A DNA stretch of 64,000 nucleotides, from IMG/VR virus record IMGVR_UViG_3300045988_095676, positions 26,969-90,968 of that record, one strand, 5' to 3'. Under the pieces are notes generated by a model, which saw nothing but the letters and a program-made list of their open reading frames with translations, did not search any database and was not told the DNA's origin. The translations under genes were made by a program, and so were the position numbers. This DNA comes from a virus. This document shows positions 8,739 through 16,228 of the stretch, piece by piece (position 1 is the first letter of the stretch; the number at the start of each line of letters is the position of its first letter).

Positions 8739-8858
8739 TTAACATAGTGAACCTATATAGTGTACCCGTTGGGCTAACTATATATGTATCTGTAATTGCC
8801 TGCGTTGTGGGTCATTAATTTGAATATCATTTGTTTAACAATTAAAATATATTGGGAT

Positions 8859-9398
8859 ATGATTACGAAAAAAAATGTAAACAAACTACAGAATGCCGTT
8901 ATCAAAGAAAATGCTGCAAATTTGGTAGGTGCTGTTAAACTGTACAACGCTCTATTTGCTAATGGAGCTGATCTAAAGGCTATTTGCAAGGCTTTGGAAA
9001 TACCGGCAGAATACGCCGTAAAGGTTGCAGCCCTCGCCAAGGATAAAAAACGCCTGGTAGCCGTGTGTAGCCAAATGTTACCGAAAGTTGATAATACCTT
9101 TGTTAAATTTGCTTTATACTCTAAAGTATATAAGGATACCAATGCGGACAAAGAAAAAGGAATTGAAGCTAAAACGGCTGATTGGTGCGCTGAGAATGTG
9201 GTTTACGGTAGCGAATATAAAGCATTTGGTTTTACTACTGCCGAATCATTGGAGAATAAAAAAAGTACTAAATGGTTGGTAAAAGAAACCGACGAGTACA
9301 AATCTACTTATGTGGCTGTTAAGATCAAATCTTATTCTATTCGCACTGTGGCAAAGTGTGTAAGTGAATACCTCGCACATGAAAGCAACCAGCAGTAA
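8859..9398 (+). CDS. hypothetical protein (180 aa)
   Basis: Start moved to the internal ATG at 8859, which is preceded by the conserved 19-mer TGTTTAACAATTAAAATAT. The annotated upstream extension would run through the palindrome region. Confidence 0.45.
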   Translation: MITKKNVNKLQNAVIKENAANLVGAVKLYNALFANGADLKAICKALEIPAEYAVKVAALAKDKKRLVAVCSQMLPKVDNTFVKFALYSKVYKDTNADKEKGIEAKTADWCAENVVYGSEYKAFGFTTAESLENKKSTKWLVKETDEYKSTYVAVKIKSYSIRTVAKCVSEYLAHESNQQ

Positions 9399-9983
9399 CA
9401 AGGCACGGAGAGCGCCGTTAAGCTCTCCAAAGGTTTGACGCGTACCGTTAAACGCGTCTGTACGCCGTTGTCAGTGGGTGCACGTCCCGCGTATGCTTTA
9501 GACTGAAGCTGACAAAACAGAGAGTTATTTTACATATTGGAGATAGATATACCGGTATCGAGGCCGTTGGCAATTAAAAATACGGTATTGCTGCATGAAC
9601 TGCACTAAATAAGTGTGGTTTATGTTAGGTATGTTAGTACAGTTTGGAAAACATACCGTTGTACGCGGTTTATCTCCAGACCGAAACGTGTCTTACTTGC
9701 CTACACGTAAAATAGGACAAGGCTGTAGATTAAATTACAGGGTATAAACATGTAGCCTACCATGTAGGAGCGTGATATATCAAAGCGCAAGGACACAATC
9801 GCCTTTATTTGTGGCTAAGTTGTGTAGCAGACGGAAAATATAATAACAACATAGTACGAGCCTGTACGCAAGAACTACGTACTAATTACGGGCTGTTGGT
9901 TGTAGCATAAAATCTCTATAGGATAGGAATGCGTGTCCGGTTCGATTCCGGAGCAACCTCTAAATTATAAATAATATAATAGC
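9399..9983 (+). ncRNA. 585-bp ORF-free, locally GC-rich structured region ending in a tRNA-like T-arm/acceptor minihelix (9897-9960)
   Basis: No ORF of 60 aa or more on either strand. 3' end has TCCGG-TTCGATT-CCGGA (T-loop identical to the tRNA-Cys T-loop) plus a 6-bp acceptor-like pairing GGTTGT/GCAACC. Only about 32 nt lie between the acceptor and the T-arm, so it is not a canonical tRNA. Confidence 0.4.
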
Positions 9984-10154
9984 ATGGAAAAGAAAGCAAT
10001 GATCAACGCTTTAATTGAAGCGTTCAATAAATCTAAAAACAGTTGCGTAAAAATAACATTGCGTAACTATATCGAGACGGTGGAAACATTGAGCGAAAGT
10101 GAGTACAAAGAGGCGGAAGGTTTCTATATCGAAGCACTTAACCGCTGGAGTTAA
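9984..10154 (+). CDS. hypothetical small protein (56 aa)
   Basis: ATG 24 nt after the tRNA-like minihelix; ORF translated by hand (MEKKAMINALIEAF...NRWS). Below the track cutoff. Confidence 0.35.
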   Translation: MEKKAMINALIEAFNKSKNSCVKITLRNYIETVETLSESEYKEAEGFYIEALNRWS

Positions 10155-10176
10155 TCATAATTAAAGCATAAAGAAA

Positions 10177-10383
10177 ATGGAAAGGAAATTTAAATCTTAT
10201 ATGGTAGACGTCCGCGGTCTGTCCAGGAAAGAAGCTAAAGAAAAGCGGAAAAGAGCGTATCGGGAATTTATGTTGTATCGTGATCTCAAAGAAGCGTATC
10301 ATGCCGATACAGGAAAGGACAAATGCAAACGTAAAGTCCATACATCACGAACATACGTGAAAGAAAACATAAACAGTATTTAA
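10177..10383 (+). CDS. small basic protein (68 aa)
   Basis: ORF track; K/R-rich; followed by a strong terminator. Confidence 0.45.
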   Translation: MERKFKSYMVDVRGLSRKEAKEKRKRAYREFMLYRDLKEAYHADTGKDKCKRKVHTSRTYVKENINSI

Positions 10384-10391
10384 ATAGGGAT

Positions 10392-10426
10392 AGGGTTGTT
10401 CCGAATATCGGAGCAGCCCTATTTTT
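10392..10426 (+). terminator. rho-independent terminator
   Basis: 12-bp stem AGGGTTGTTCCG / CGGAGCAGCCCT (includes G-U pairs), loop ATAT, then ATTTTTG. Confidence 0.65.
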
Positions 10427-10488
10427 GTATCCTACTCTTTCTATTTACGGGTAGGATATTCTGAGAGTGAACGGCGGATGTAAGCTAT

Positions 10489-10581
10489 ATTGGTCTAAAA
10501 CGAAACTAAAATATGAGAGTTTGGATACAATGCCGGTATTTTGTCTATATCATGTCGTTGAAATTGGTCTAAAACGAAACT
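10489..10581 (+). repeat. 19-bp direct repeat ATTGGTCTAAAACGAAACT, two copies 74 bp apart
   Basis: Identical copies at 10489-10507 and 10563-10581 in an 850-bp ORF-free region. Confidence 0.8.
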
Positions 10582-11086
10582 TTAGGCGGTTTTCTGACCC
10601 AAAATAGGGCGTCGGATGCCGCCTTTTTCGTCTCTATGGATTGAAAATTAGGCTTATTGTACTTTTCTTAAAAATAAGGTATGCTTGATTATCAATTAGT
10701 TAGGTTTTATGATACCCGTATTTTCGGACACACTTATTGTAAATTTTTTATTTTATGTGGTGGTTTTTATTAGTAGCTGACCTGTATTTTTTATCGGTTG
10801 GAGTAAGGTCTATGTTGGAGTACGGACCGGATCAGTATAATATTGTAATGGTCTTTTGCTTTTCTTTATTGGCTTTGATTATAGGCTTAAATATCTATCT
10901 TGATAGGAGGAGCAGGCGGTAGGGCGTGGGCTGAAGGCTCTCTATTCTCTCTATGGAATGATATTATCTCTAAATACCCCATACTTCATGCCAGAGTATA
11001 AGCTTGTAGCGCTCTCCGTATGCCGGTAGTGAGGCCGAGAGCGCAGGTTCTATGCGGAAAGCCGGAGGATTAGCCGGGGTTGGAGA

Positions 11087-11200
11087 GGGGGAGAGGGAGG
11101 GCACTCCCTACCAACAAAATTCAATAGATAAGCGTTTTAAAACAGTGTTCTGTAGATCATTTCCACAAAATTCAATATGATAAGGGTTTAAAACAGCATT
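11087..11200 (+). repeat. imperfect ~36-bp direct repeat ACAAAATTCAATAgATAAGcGTTTtAAAACAG, two copies
   Basis: ccaacaaaattcaatagataagcgttttaaaacagtgtt versus ccacaaaattcaatatgataagggtttaaaacagcatt. Preceded by the G-rich block GGAGAGGGGGAGAGGGAGGG. Confidence 0.7.
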
Positions 11201-11285
11201 ATATAGGTTCCTTCCAACAGATTAAGGGTTGAGGACTGCATTATGTGAGTATTTTTTTTTAAGCGGGATGTTTAACAATTAAAAT

Positions 11286-11555
11286 ATGGATGGTATGAAC
11301 GTATATGACTTTGCGCCTGACTTAGATTTGAGTAAGGAGGTAGAAGGTTCTATTTTCGGGGTAAAAGGAATAGAAGGCAGTGATGGAATAGTATATGCTA
11401 AGGTAGTTAGCTGTGTAGACGTTAAGGATTACAGTTGTGATAGGTGTATTTTTTATGATTGTTATAAGGATAAATGTTTATTATCGCGTAGTGATAGTTG
11501 TATAGATGGAGATTGGATTTGTAGGTACGAACAGGCTGCCATAGAGGGGGAGTAG
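11286..11555 (+). CDS. small Cys-rich protein (89 aa)
   Basis: ORF track; the conserved 19-mer TGTTTAACAATTAAAATAT ends at the ATG; eight Cys suggest metal binding. Confidence 0.45.
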   Translation: MDGMNVYDFAPDLDLSKEVEGSIFGVKGIEGSDGIVYAKVVSCVDVKDYSCDRCIFYDCYKDKCLLSRSDSCIDGDWICRYEQAAIEGE

Positions 11556-11663
11556 GCGGCGCCTTGGGCTAAGGCCTGCGGTTGTAGGTGGAACGTAGGT
11601 CGGAGCAGAGCCGGAACAGTTTATTGTGGAACTAAAAAAAAATAAAAAGGAGGAGATAGCGAT

Positions 11664-11744
11664 ATGAAAAAGGCATTTAAGATATTTTCTATTATGTTTG
11701 TCATAGAAATAGTGCTGATAGCTATTTTAGATGCTATGGCGTAA
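11664..11744 (+). CDS. 26-aa hydrophobic peptide MKKAFKIFSIMFVIEIVLIAILDAMA (leader or membrane peptide candidate)
   Basis: Strong SD AAAAGGAGG 7 nt upstream of the ATG; its stop codon abuts the 5' end of tRNA-like element A. Confidence 0.35.
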   Translation: MKKAFKIFSIMFVIEIVLIAILDAMA

Positions 11745-11869
11745 GTGAGAAAAATTTCTTCATTAATTTTCTTATGCTTTAGACAGAATGCTCCCATCTG
11801 CGAAGATCGGAGCATTTGCTTTATGGGATTCATGGTGCAGCAAGTCGGTTCGATTCCGGCGATCTCACA
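11745..11869 (+). ncRNA. tRNA-like structured element A (paralogue of element B)
   Basis: 5' GTGAGAA pairs with 3' ATCTCAC. T-arm TCGG-TTCGATT-CCGG. Internal 8-bp hairpin AATGCTCC..GGAGCATT enclosing an ATCT-GCGA-AGAT GNRA tetraloop. The tail ATCTCACAcAACAtTAAAA is shared with element B. Ends 22 nt before the next ATG. Confidence 0.45.
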
Positions 11870-11891
11870 CAACATTAAAATAGGGAAGAAC

Positions 11892-12296
11892 ATGTTAAAA
11901 GAAGAATTTGAAGAACTGATTAAAAGGGAGGTAAACGAAAATCAGTATAAAAACATAGAAACGGCATACGAGGCTTTGCCGGAGTATATGGATAAGATGT
12001 ATTTAGCAAGTGCTATTTCAAATGATATTGGGAAAGCTATTAATGTCTTATCGTTTTTAGGATCGCATATAAGCGAGTTAATGGGTTCGATAATAATCGA
12101 AAGGCAAAAGGTGGAATCATGTGCCTATGATTTAATAAACAAATCGCATGAGGAGGATGACTTGAAAGCAAGAGAGATTGCCGTGCGATTAATAGGAGAG
12201 AGGGAAACAGTGGCATACACAGTAAAAGAAGGGCTGCCATTGTGGGAACAAGATAAAAAGTTTATAATAGAATTAATAAAGGAGGATAGAAAATGA
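11892..12296 (+). CDS. hypothetical protein (134 aa)
   Basis: Start moved to the ATG at 11892. The track's GTG-start extension from 11745 would read through structured element A. Confidence 0.45.
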   Translation: MLKEEFEELIKREVNENQYKNIETAYEALPEYMDKMYLASAISNDIGKAINVLSFLGSHISELMGSIIIERQKVESCAYDLINKSHEEDDLKAREIAVRLIGERETVAYTVKEGLPLWEQDKKFIIELIKEDRK

Positions 12297-12622
12297 AAGA
12301 CGGTATTGTATTGCATCCAGAGCATGGGTTGAATCCATCCATAGAACTATGCATAGTATGCGGTGAAGAGATGGGGATTGCTTTATTAGGGAATAACATC
12401 AAAGGGCAGGCGCCGCATCATATATGCACGGGAGAAATATGTGACAATTGCAAAAAGATAATAGATGACGGAGGTTGTTTTATTATCGAAGTTGAGGATG
12501 GATCAGATCAAAAGAATCCGTATCGTACAGGGAGATATTGCGCGATAAAGAAAGAAGCAGCAAAGAAAATACTTGGACAGGAGCATAGTATTGTGTACAT
12601 GGAAAAGTCTGCGTACAGTTAA
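12293..12622 (+). CDS. hypothetical Cys-rich protein (109 aa)
   Basis: SD AAGGAGG before the ATG; CxxC..C..C pattern. Confidence 0.45.
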   Translation: MKDGIVLHPEHGLNPSIELCIVCGEEMGIALLGNNIKGQAPHHICTGEICDNCKKIIDDGGCFIIEVEDGSDQKNPYRTGRYCAIKKEAAKKILGQEHSIVYMEKSAYS

Positions 12623-12648
12623 ATAATACCACAAAAATAAAGAAAGAT

Positions 12649-12963
12649 ATGTTTGCAAAAGAAGAGCGATTATTCATATGGAAAAAGGTATATGAGATGA
12701 TTGATAGGTTAGAGGATGGGGAATACATATGTGTTGCGTTAAGAAATGTAGTGTTTATGTATTTCAAAACACATAAAAATATCTATGAGTTTCGTTCAGA
12801 CGAAATGGTGAGAATATATTTCCCGGAATTGGAAGAGAAGATAAGTATGGCCACAGAACCAGAGGAAACAAGAACGTTTTATGGGTGGTTTGGTTGTCTT
12901 AGTCCAGAAACGAAGGAGGTAAGGCTGAATATTGTGAAAGATATTATAAAAGAATTAGAATAG
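12649..12963 (+). CDS. hypothetical protein (104 aa)
   Basis: ORF track. Confidence 0.4.
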   Translation: MFAKEERLFIWKKVYEMIDRLEDGEYICVALRNVVFMYFKTHKNIYEFRSDEMVRIYFPELEEKISMATEPEETRTFYGWFGCLSPETKEVRLNIVKDIIKELE

Positions 12964-13022
12964 TATTTTTGTTAATCTATTTTATTCATCAAATTAAGTT
13001 TTGGGTTTTGGCATGTCGGTTC

Positions 13023-13118
13023 GTGAGGATAGGCATGCCTATTTCTGCATCATAGAGGGGATGACGCGGCGTGCCGGTGCGTATGTGCCGGTCCTGGTTC
13101 GATTCTGGGCATCTCACA
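13023..13118 (+). ncRNA. tRNA-like structured element B (paralogue of element A)
   Basis: 5' GTGAGGA pairs with 3' ATCTCAC. D-arm-like hairpin GATAGG-CATG-CCTATT. T-arm CCTGG-TTCGATT-CTGGG. Tail ATCTCACAaAACAaTAAAA. About 96 nt. Ends 20 nt before the next ATG. Confidence 0.45.
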
Positions 13119-13138
13119 AACAATAAAACAAAAAAGTT

Positions 13139-13372
13139 ATGAGAATATATAAGAATGATATTATAAAGGCGTCAGCAATAAGCACCGGAGCCGACAGAGG
13201 CGTGTTGCTGTGTTCAATAACAGATTCAGGCTTTACGTCTATAGCGGGCGTAATATCGGCTGTTAAGGATAGGTTACCAAACGAAGATCACAAGAAGATG
13301 GTTTTTGAAATCTTGAATGATACGAAAAAAGAGTACGGAAGATATAATAATTGCGGAACAAAAGTATTGTAA
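13139..13372 (+). CDS. hypothetical protein (77 aa)
   Basis: ORF track; lies immediately downstream of element B. Confidence 0.4.
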   Translation: MRIYKNDIIKASAISTGADRGVLLCSITDSGFTSIAGVISAVKDRLPNEDHKKMVFEILNDTKKEYGRYNNCGTKVL

Positions 13373-13491
13373 TAAAGAGTAGAAAACAATATGTTTATGT
13401 AATATTAGTTTTTTCATTTTTATTGAAAGGAGCGCCGGCCTGTGAAGGTATGCGCTCTTTGTATTTGTATAATGCATAAAACAATAATAAT

Positions 13492-13746
13492 ATGACAGAG
13501 AATAGTATATACGTAAATATCGTACCTGTAAAGAATGGTATGAAACGTGTTGTGGTATCATATTACCATTATTCACGCAAGGAGAAAGATCGCATGAGTT
13601 CCCAAACGGATTACGTTTGGGAAACAAAGAATGAAGAAATGTTTAAATACTTTGAGGCCAGGAGGACAAAAGTATTTTATAGTCAGATTCGTGCCATGTG
13701 TAGATTCTATGGCAAGAAAAATGTACGTAAATACAAAAAGTTATGA
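13492..13746 (+). CDS. hypothetical protein (84 aa)
   Basis: ORF track; ATGA overlap with the next gene. Confidence 0.4.
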   Translation: MTENSIYVNIVPVKNGMKRVVVSYYHYSRKEKDRMSSQTDYVWETKNEEMFKYFEARRTKVFYSQIRAMCRFYGKKNVRKYKKL

Positions 13747-14552
13747 TATTAAAAACGACAACCAACGAGTTTTGTTTCATTAACGTAAGTTTCTACGAAA
13801 CAATAGCAGATCCTCGTCATTTCTTTGAACAGGATTATGAAGAGATGCCAGAATATGAGGAGGAATCGGATTTTGATTTTGATTCTTATTACAATAAGTT
13901 TATTCCTTTTGTACAGGAATGGGCGAATGAGGTAAGTGAACGCCTTTACGGATATGGCGTGAATAGTATAAAGGTAACATCGGTCGGATATCCGAAAGAA
14001 TATAATTATGGTACTGATTGGATGAACGTAGAGGTAGAGTTTTGTGATGAATGGAGGCAAAAGATGTTATCTAACATTAGTAAGATTGTCAATGATGATA
14101 AATGCAAGAAGTATGCGGAGACTAATTACCGGTCGGTATCAGGATACATCTTTTTAGGACCTGAAGATTTAAAGGAATTTGAAAAGGAAATAATAGAAAG
14201 AAAGTCGGATTCCGGATATGATGTAACAATATTATTAAATATGTATCTAACTTTGGCTTTTGTAAAAGAATTTGGATTTAAAGCCGGAGAAGCATGGAGT
14301 GAAATAACAGAATATGCTTACGGATGTTTATCGTATTCCGATTTTGCAACAACAGAGATGCTTATACCGGAAGGTTCGGAGCATTTATTCAAAGACATTT
14401 ACACGGCAAAGGCCGACGAATTATATCATCATGTCCTGGATAAATTCGGATGGGCGTGGCGTGATCCGAAATATAAGTCAGAAACAGAATTATGCGCGAT
14501 GCTAAAGTGGGCAAAAGAAAAAGGCTTGACCATTGAAGAGTTAAGTATTTAA
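13743..14552 (+). CDS. hypothetical acidic protein (269 aa)
   Basis: ORF track; no motif recognised. Confidence 0.45.
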   Translation: MILKTTTNEFCFINVSFYETIADPRHFFEQDYEEMPEYEEESDFDFDSYYNKFIPFVQEWANEVSERLYGYGVNSIKVTSVGYPKEYNYGTDWMNVEVEFCDEWRQKMLSNISKIVNDDKCKKYAETNYRSVSGYIFLGPEDLKEFEKEIIERKSDSGYDVTILLNMYLTLAFVKEFGFKAGEAWSEITEYAYGCLSYSDFATTEMLIPEGSEHLFKDIYTAKADELYHHVLDKFGWAWRDPKYKSETELCAMLKWAKEKGLTIEELSI

Positions 14553-14579
14553 TTGTTAAACATAAGGCAGTAGTGGTGC

Positions 14580-14864
14580 GTGAGTATAGGTGCTGCCGTT
14601 AAAATATTTTATAAGATGAAAAAAGAAGAGATTCAAACTATTTTATACACAATCAAAGAAGGAGACAGTATTAAAATCAAAGTACAAGACAAAAGTGAAG
14701 AGATAAGACTGCGGGATCATGTAAGAAGAGTACAGAAATACGGATACAGGTTTTGTTTGTCTCATTTACATGATGGAATTTTCTATCTGGAGAAGTTGAA
14801 AGAAGGGGATAAGGATAAATACTATAGAGTAATAAACAGAGGAAATGGAAAGACCGGAGTATAA
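14580..14864 (+). CDS. hypothetical protein (94 aa)
   Basis: ORF track. Confidence 0.4.
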   Translation: MSIGAAVKIFYKMKKEEIQTILYTIKEGDSIKIKVQDKSEEIRLRDHVRRVQKYGYRFCLSHLHDGIFYLEKLKEGDKDKYYRVINRGNGKTGV

Positions 14865-15138
14865 TAAGCTACGCAAAATGGCTAAGACTACTCCAGGTCT
14901 GATAGTGGACGAGGTGCAAAACATGATGCGTGTATCGCTATACGATAATGGGGAACTTAAGAAGGTGGTAGTAGTAATGAAATGCGATTCTTTTTTACAG
15001 TCAAAAAGTAACATAGAAAAGATAATGTTATTATCATCTTCTATAGAAGATAGAAAAAACAAAGAAAAAAATAAAACAAAATCAGAAAATGAACAGAATA
15101 ACAAAAATAAGAGAAGAAATAGGAGGAAAACAGGTTGA
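14845..15138 (+). CDS. hypothetical protein with basic K/N/R-rich tail (97 aa)
   Basis: ORF track. Confidence 0.4.
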   Translation: MERPEYNKLRKMAKTTPGLIVDEVQNMMRVSLYDNGELKKVVVVMKCDSFLQSKSNIEKIMLLSSSIEDRKNKEKNKTKSENEQNNKNKRRNRRKTG

Positions 15139-15472
15139 TTTGACCTTTTACGGGCGCTTTTGCAGCCTTATCGAAGGTGATAGGAAGATAATACTAAGGG
15201 CAATAAAAAACGGTCGTAAAAAAGGCGTAATCGGGGCCATTCAGCCTGGGAGACATGACAGAATTTGGACCACATGGTCTATTGCTTTTGATGATCTGAG
15301 GGTAGGGGATACGGTAGAGTTCAGTACATCTGGAAAATACAATCCCGGATTTCATGCTACGGAAAAGTATGTAGGGTGTGTAGAATGGATAAGGGGATCG
15401 GAATGTGCGATAAAAACCGGCAATGGAATAGCAGTAGTATTAATTAAACATGTAGAAAGGGTGGTAAAATAA
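15089..15472 (+). CDS. hypothetical protein (127 aa)
   Basis: ORF track. Confidence 0.4.
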   Translation: MNRITKIREEIGGKQVDLTFYGRFCSLIEGDRKIILRAIKNGRKKGVIGAIQPGRHDRIWTTWSIAFDDLRVGDTVEFSTSGKYNPGFHATEKYVGCVEWIRGSECAIKTGNGIAVVLIKHVERVVK

Positions 15473-15753
15473 TGGATTTAAGGATGTTTATAGACCTATT
15501 TCAGGAGATTGAGGTAGAGAACTTGTTTAAAGCGTTAGATTTATGTATGGAATATGTAAGATTAGATTTACATGTGTTTAATGTAGGAGCTTATGTAACG
15601 TGTTCATACAGTAATGATCTTGAATCTCTTTCACAGGCAGAAGGTTGTAATGTGAATATGATAATAGAGGTACCCCACTTATTCGAAGCATTCATGGAAT
15701 ATGCTTCACCGGAAATGAAGTTGTATTATGAAAAACTAACAGAGATAGTATAA
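15472..15753 (+). CDS. hypothetical protein (93 aa)
   Basis: ORF track; start and stop overlap the neighbours. Confidence 0.4.
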   Translation: MDLRMFIDLFQEIEVENLFKALDLCMEYVRLDLHVFNVGAYVTCSYSNDLESLSQAEGCNVNMIIEVPHLFEAFMEYASPEMKLYYEKLTEIV

Positions 15754-15754
15754 T

Positions 15755-16228
15755 ATGAAAGAAGAAGTAGAACGGATAAAGAAGTTGGTAGGCATAGATC
15801 ATAACAGATGGGAGCAACCTTGTACATGTGATAAATGCAAGAACATGTGTAAGGTTCCTTGTATTGGTACGCCAAAAGACATAGAGGCTATCATAGATGC
15901 CGGATACGCTGACAGGTTAAAAGAAACAATGTGGATGGTAGGGTATCTTGCAGTGAAAGAAAAACCAATAGCGATGATCCAGCCAACAGAGAAAGACGGG
16001 TGGTGCGCATTCCGCCGGCCGGACGGTCTATGCGAGCTGCATGACCGTGGACTAAAGCCGACTGAAGGAGTTCTGGCTTCTTGTAAGGTGGTTAAAGAAG
16101 ACAATGTCCCAACATATGAAACGTCTGTACTTAGAGCAGTAGCTCATGAGTGGGTTAAGGTAGAGAACTTCGCAACTATAATGAGGGTCGTTTTTAAATT
16201 TTTGCATGAAAATGAACGTAGAAAATAA
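15755..16228 (+). CDS. hypothetical Cys-rich protein (157 aa)
   Basis: CTCDKCKNMCKVPC cluster plus further Cys; putative metal-binding. Confidence 0.45.
   Translation: MKEEVERIKKLVGIDHNRWEQPCTCDKCKNMCKVPCIGTPKDIEAIIDAGYADRLKETMWMVGYLAVKEKPIAMIQPTEKDGWCAFRRPDGLCELHDRGLKPTEGVLASCKVVKEDNVPTYETSVLRAVAHEWVKVENFATIMRVVFKFLHENERRK

Noticed and set aside
9540-9960. tmRNA: T-arm/acceptor 3' domain plus a short frame ...KYGIAA* (9576-9598) reminiscent of an ...ALAA tag
   Set aside because: The tag-like frame is only 6 codons with no recognisable resume-codon context or pseudoknots. The 5' acceptor half (GGGG...) needed to pair with the 3' end was not found. Kept only as a structured-RNA candidate.
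11745-11869. Group II intron 5' end (GTGAG...) or a self-splicing intron
   Set aside because: The element is only ~125 nt, there is no domain V or VI consensus, and no intron-encoded protein. The GTGAGRA is better explained as the 5' strand of an acceptor-like helix pairing with ATCTCAC.
11745-12296. GTG-initiated 183-aa ORF from the six-frame track
   Set aside because: The 5' 147 nt coincide with tRNA-like element A, a long hairpin and a T-arm. An ATG at 11892 gives a more plausible start for the protein.
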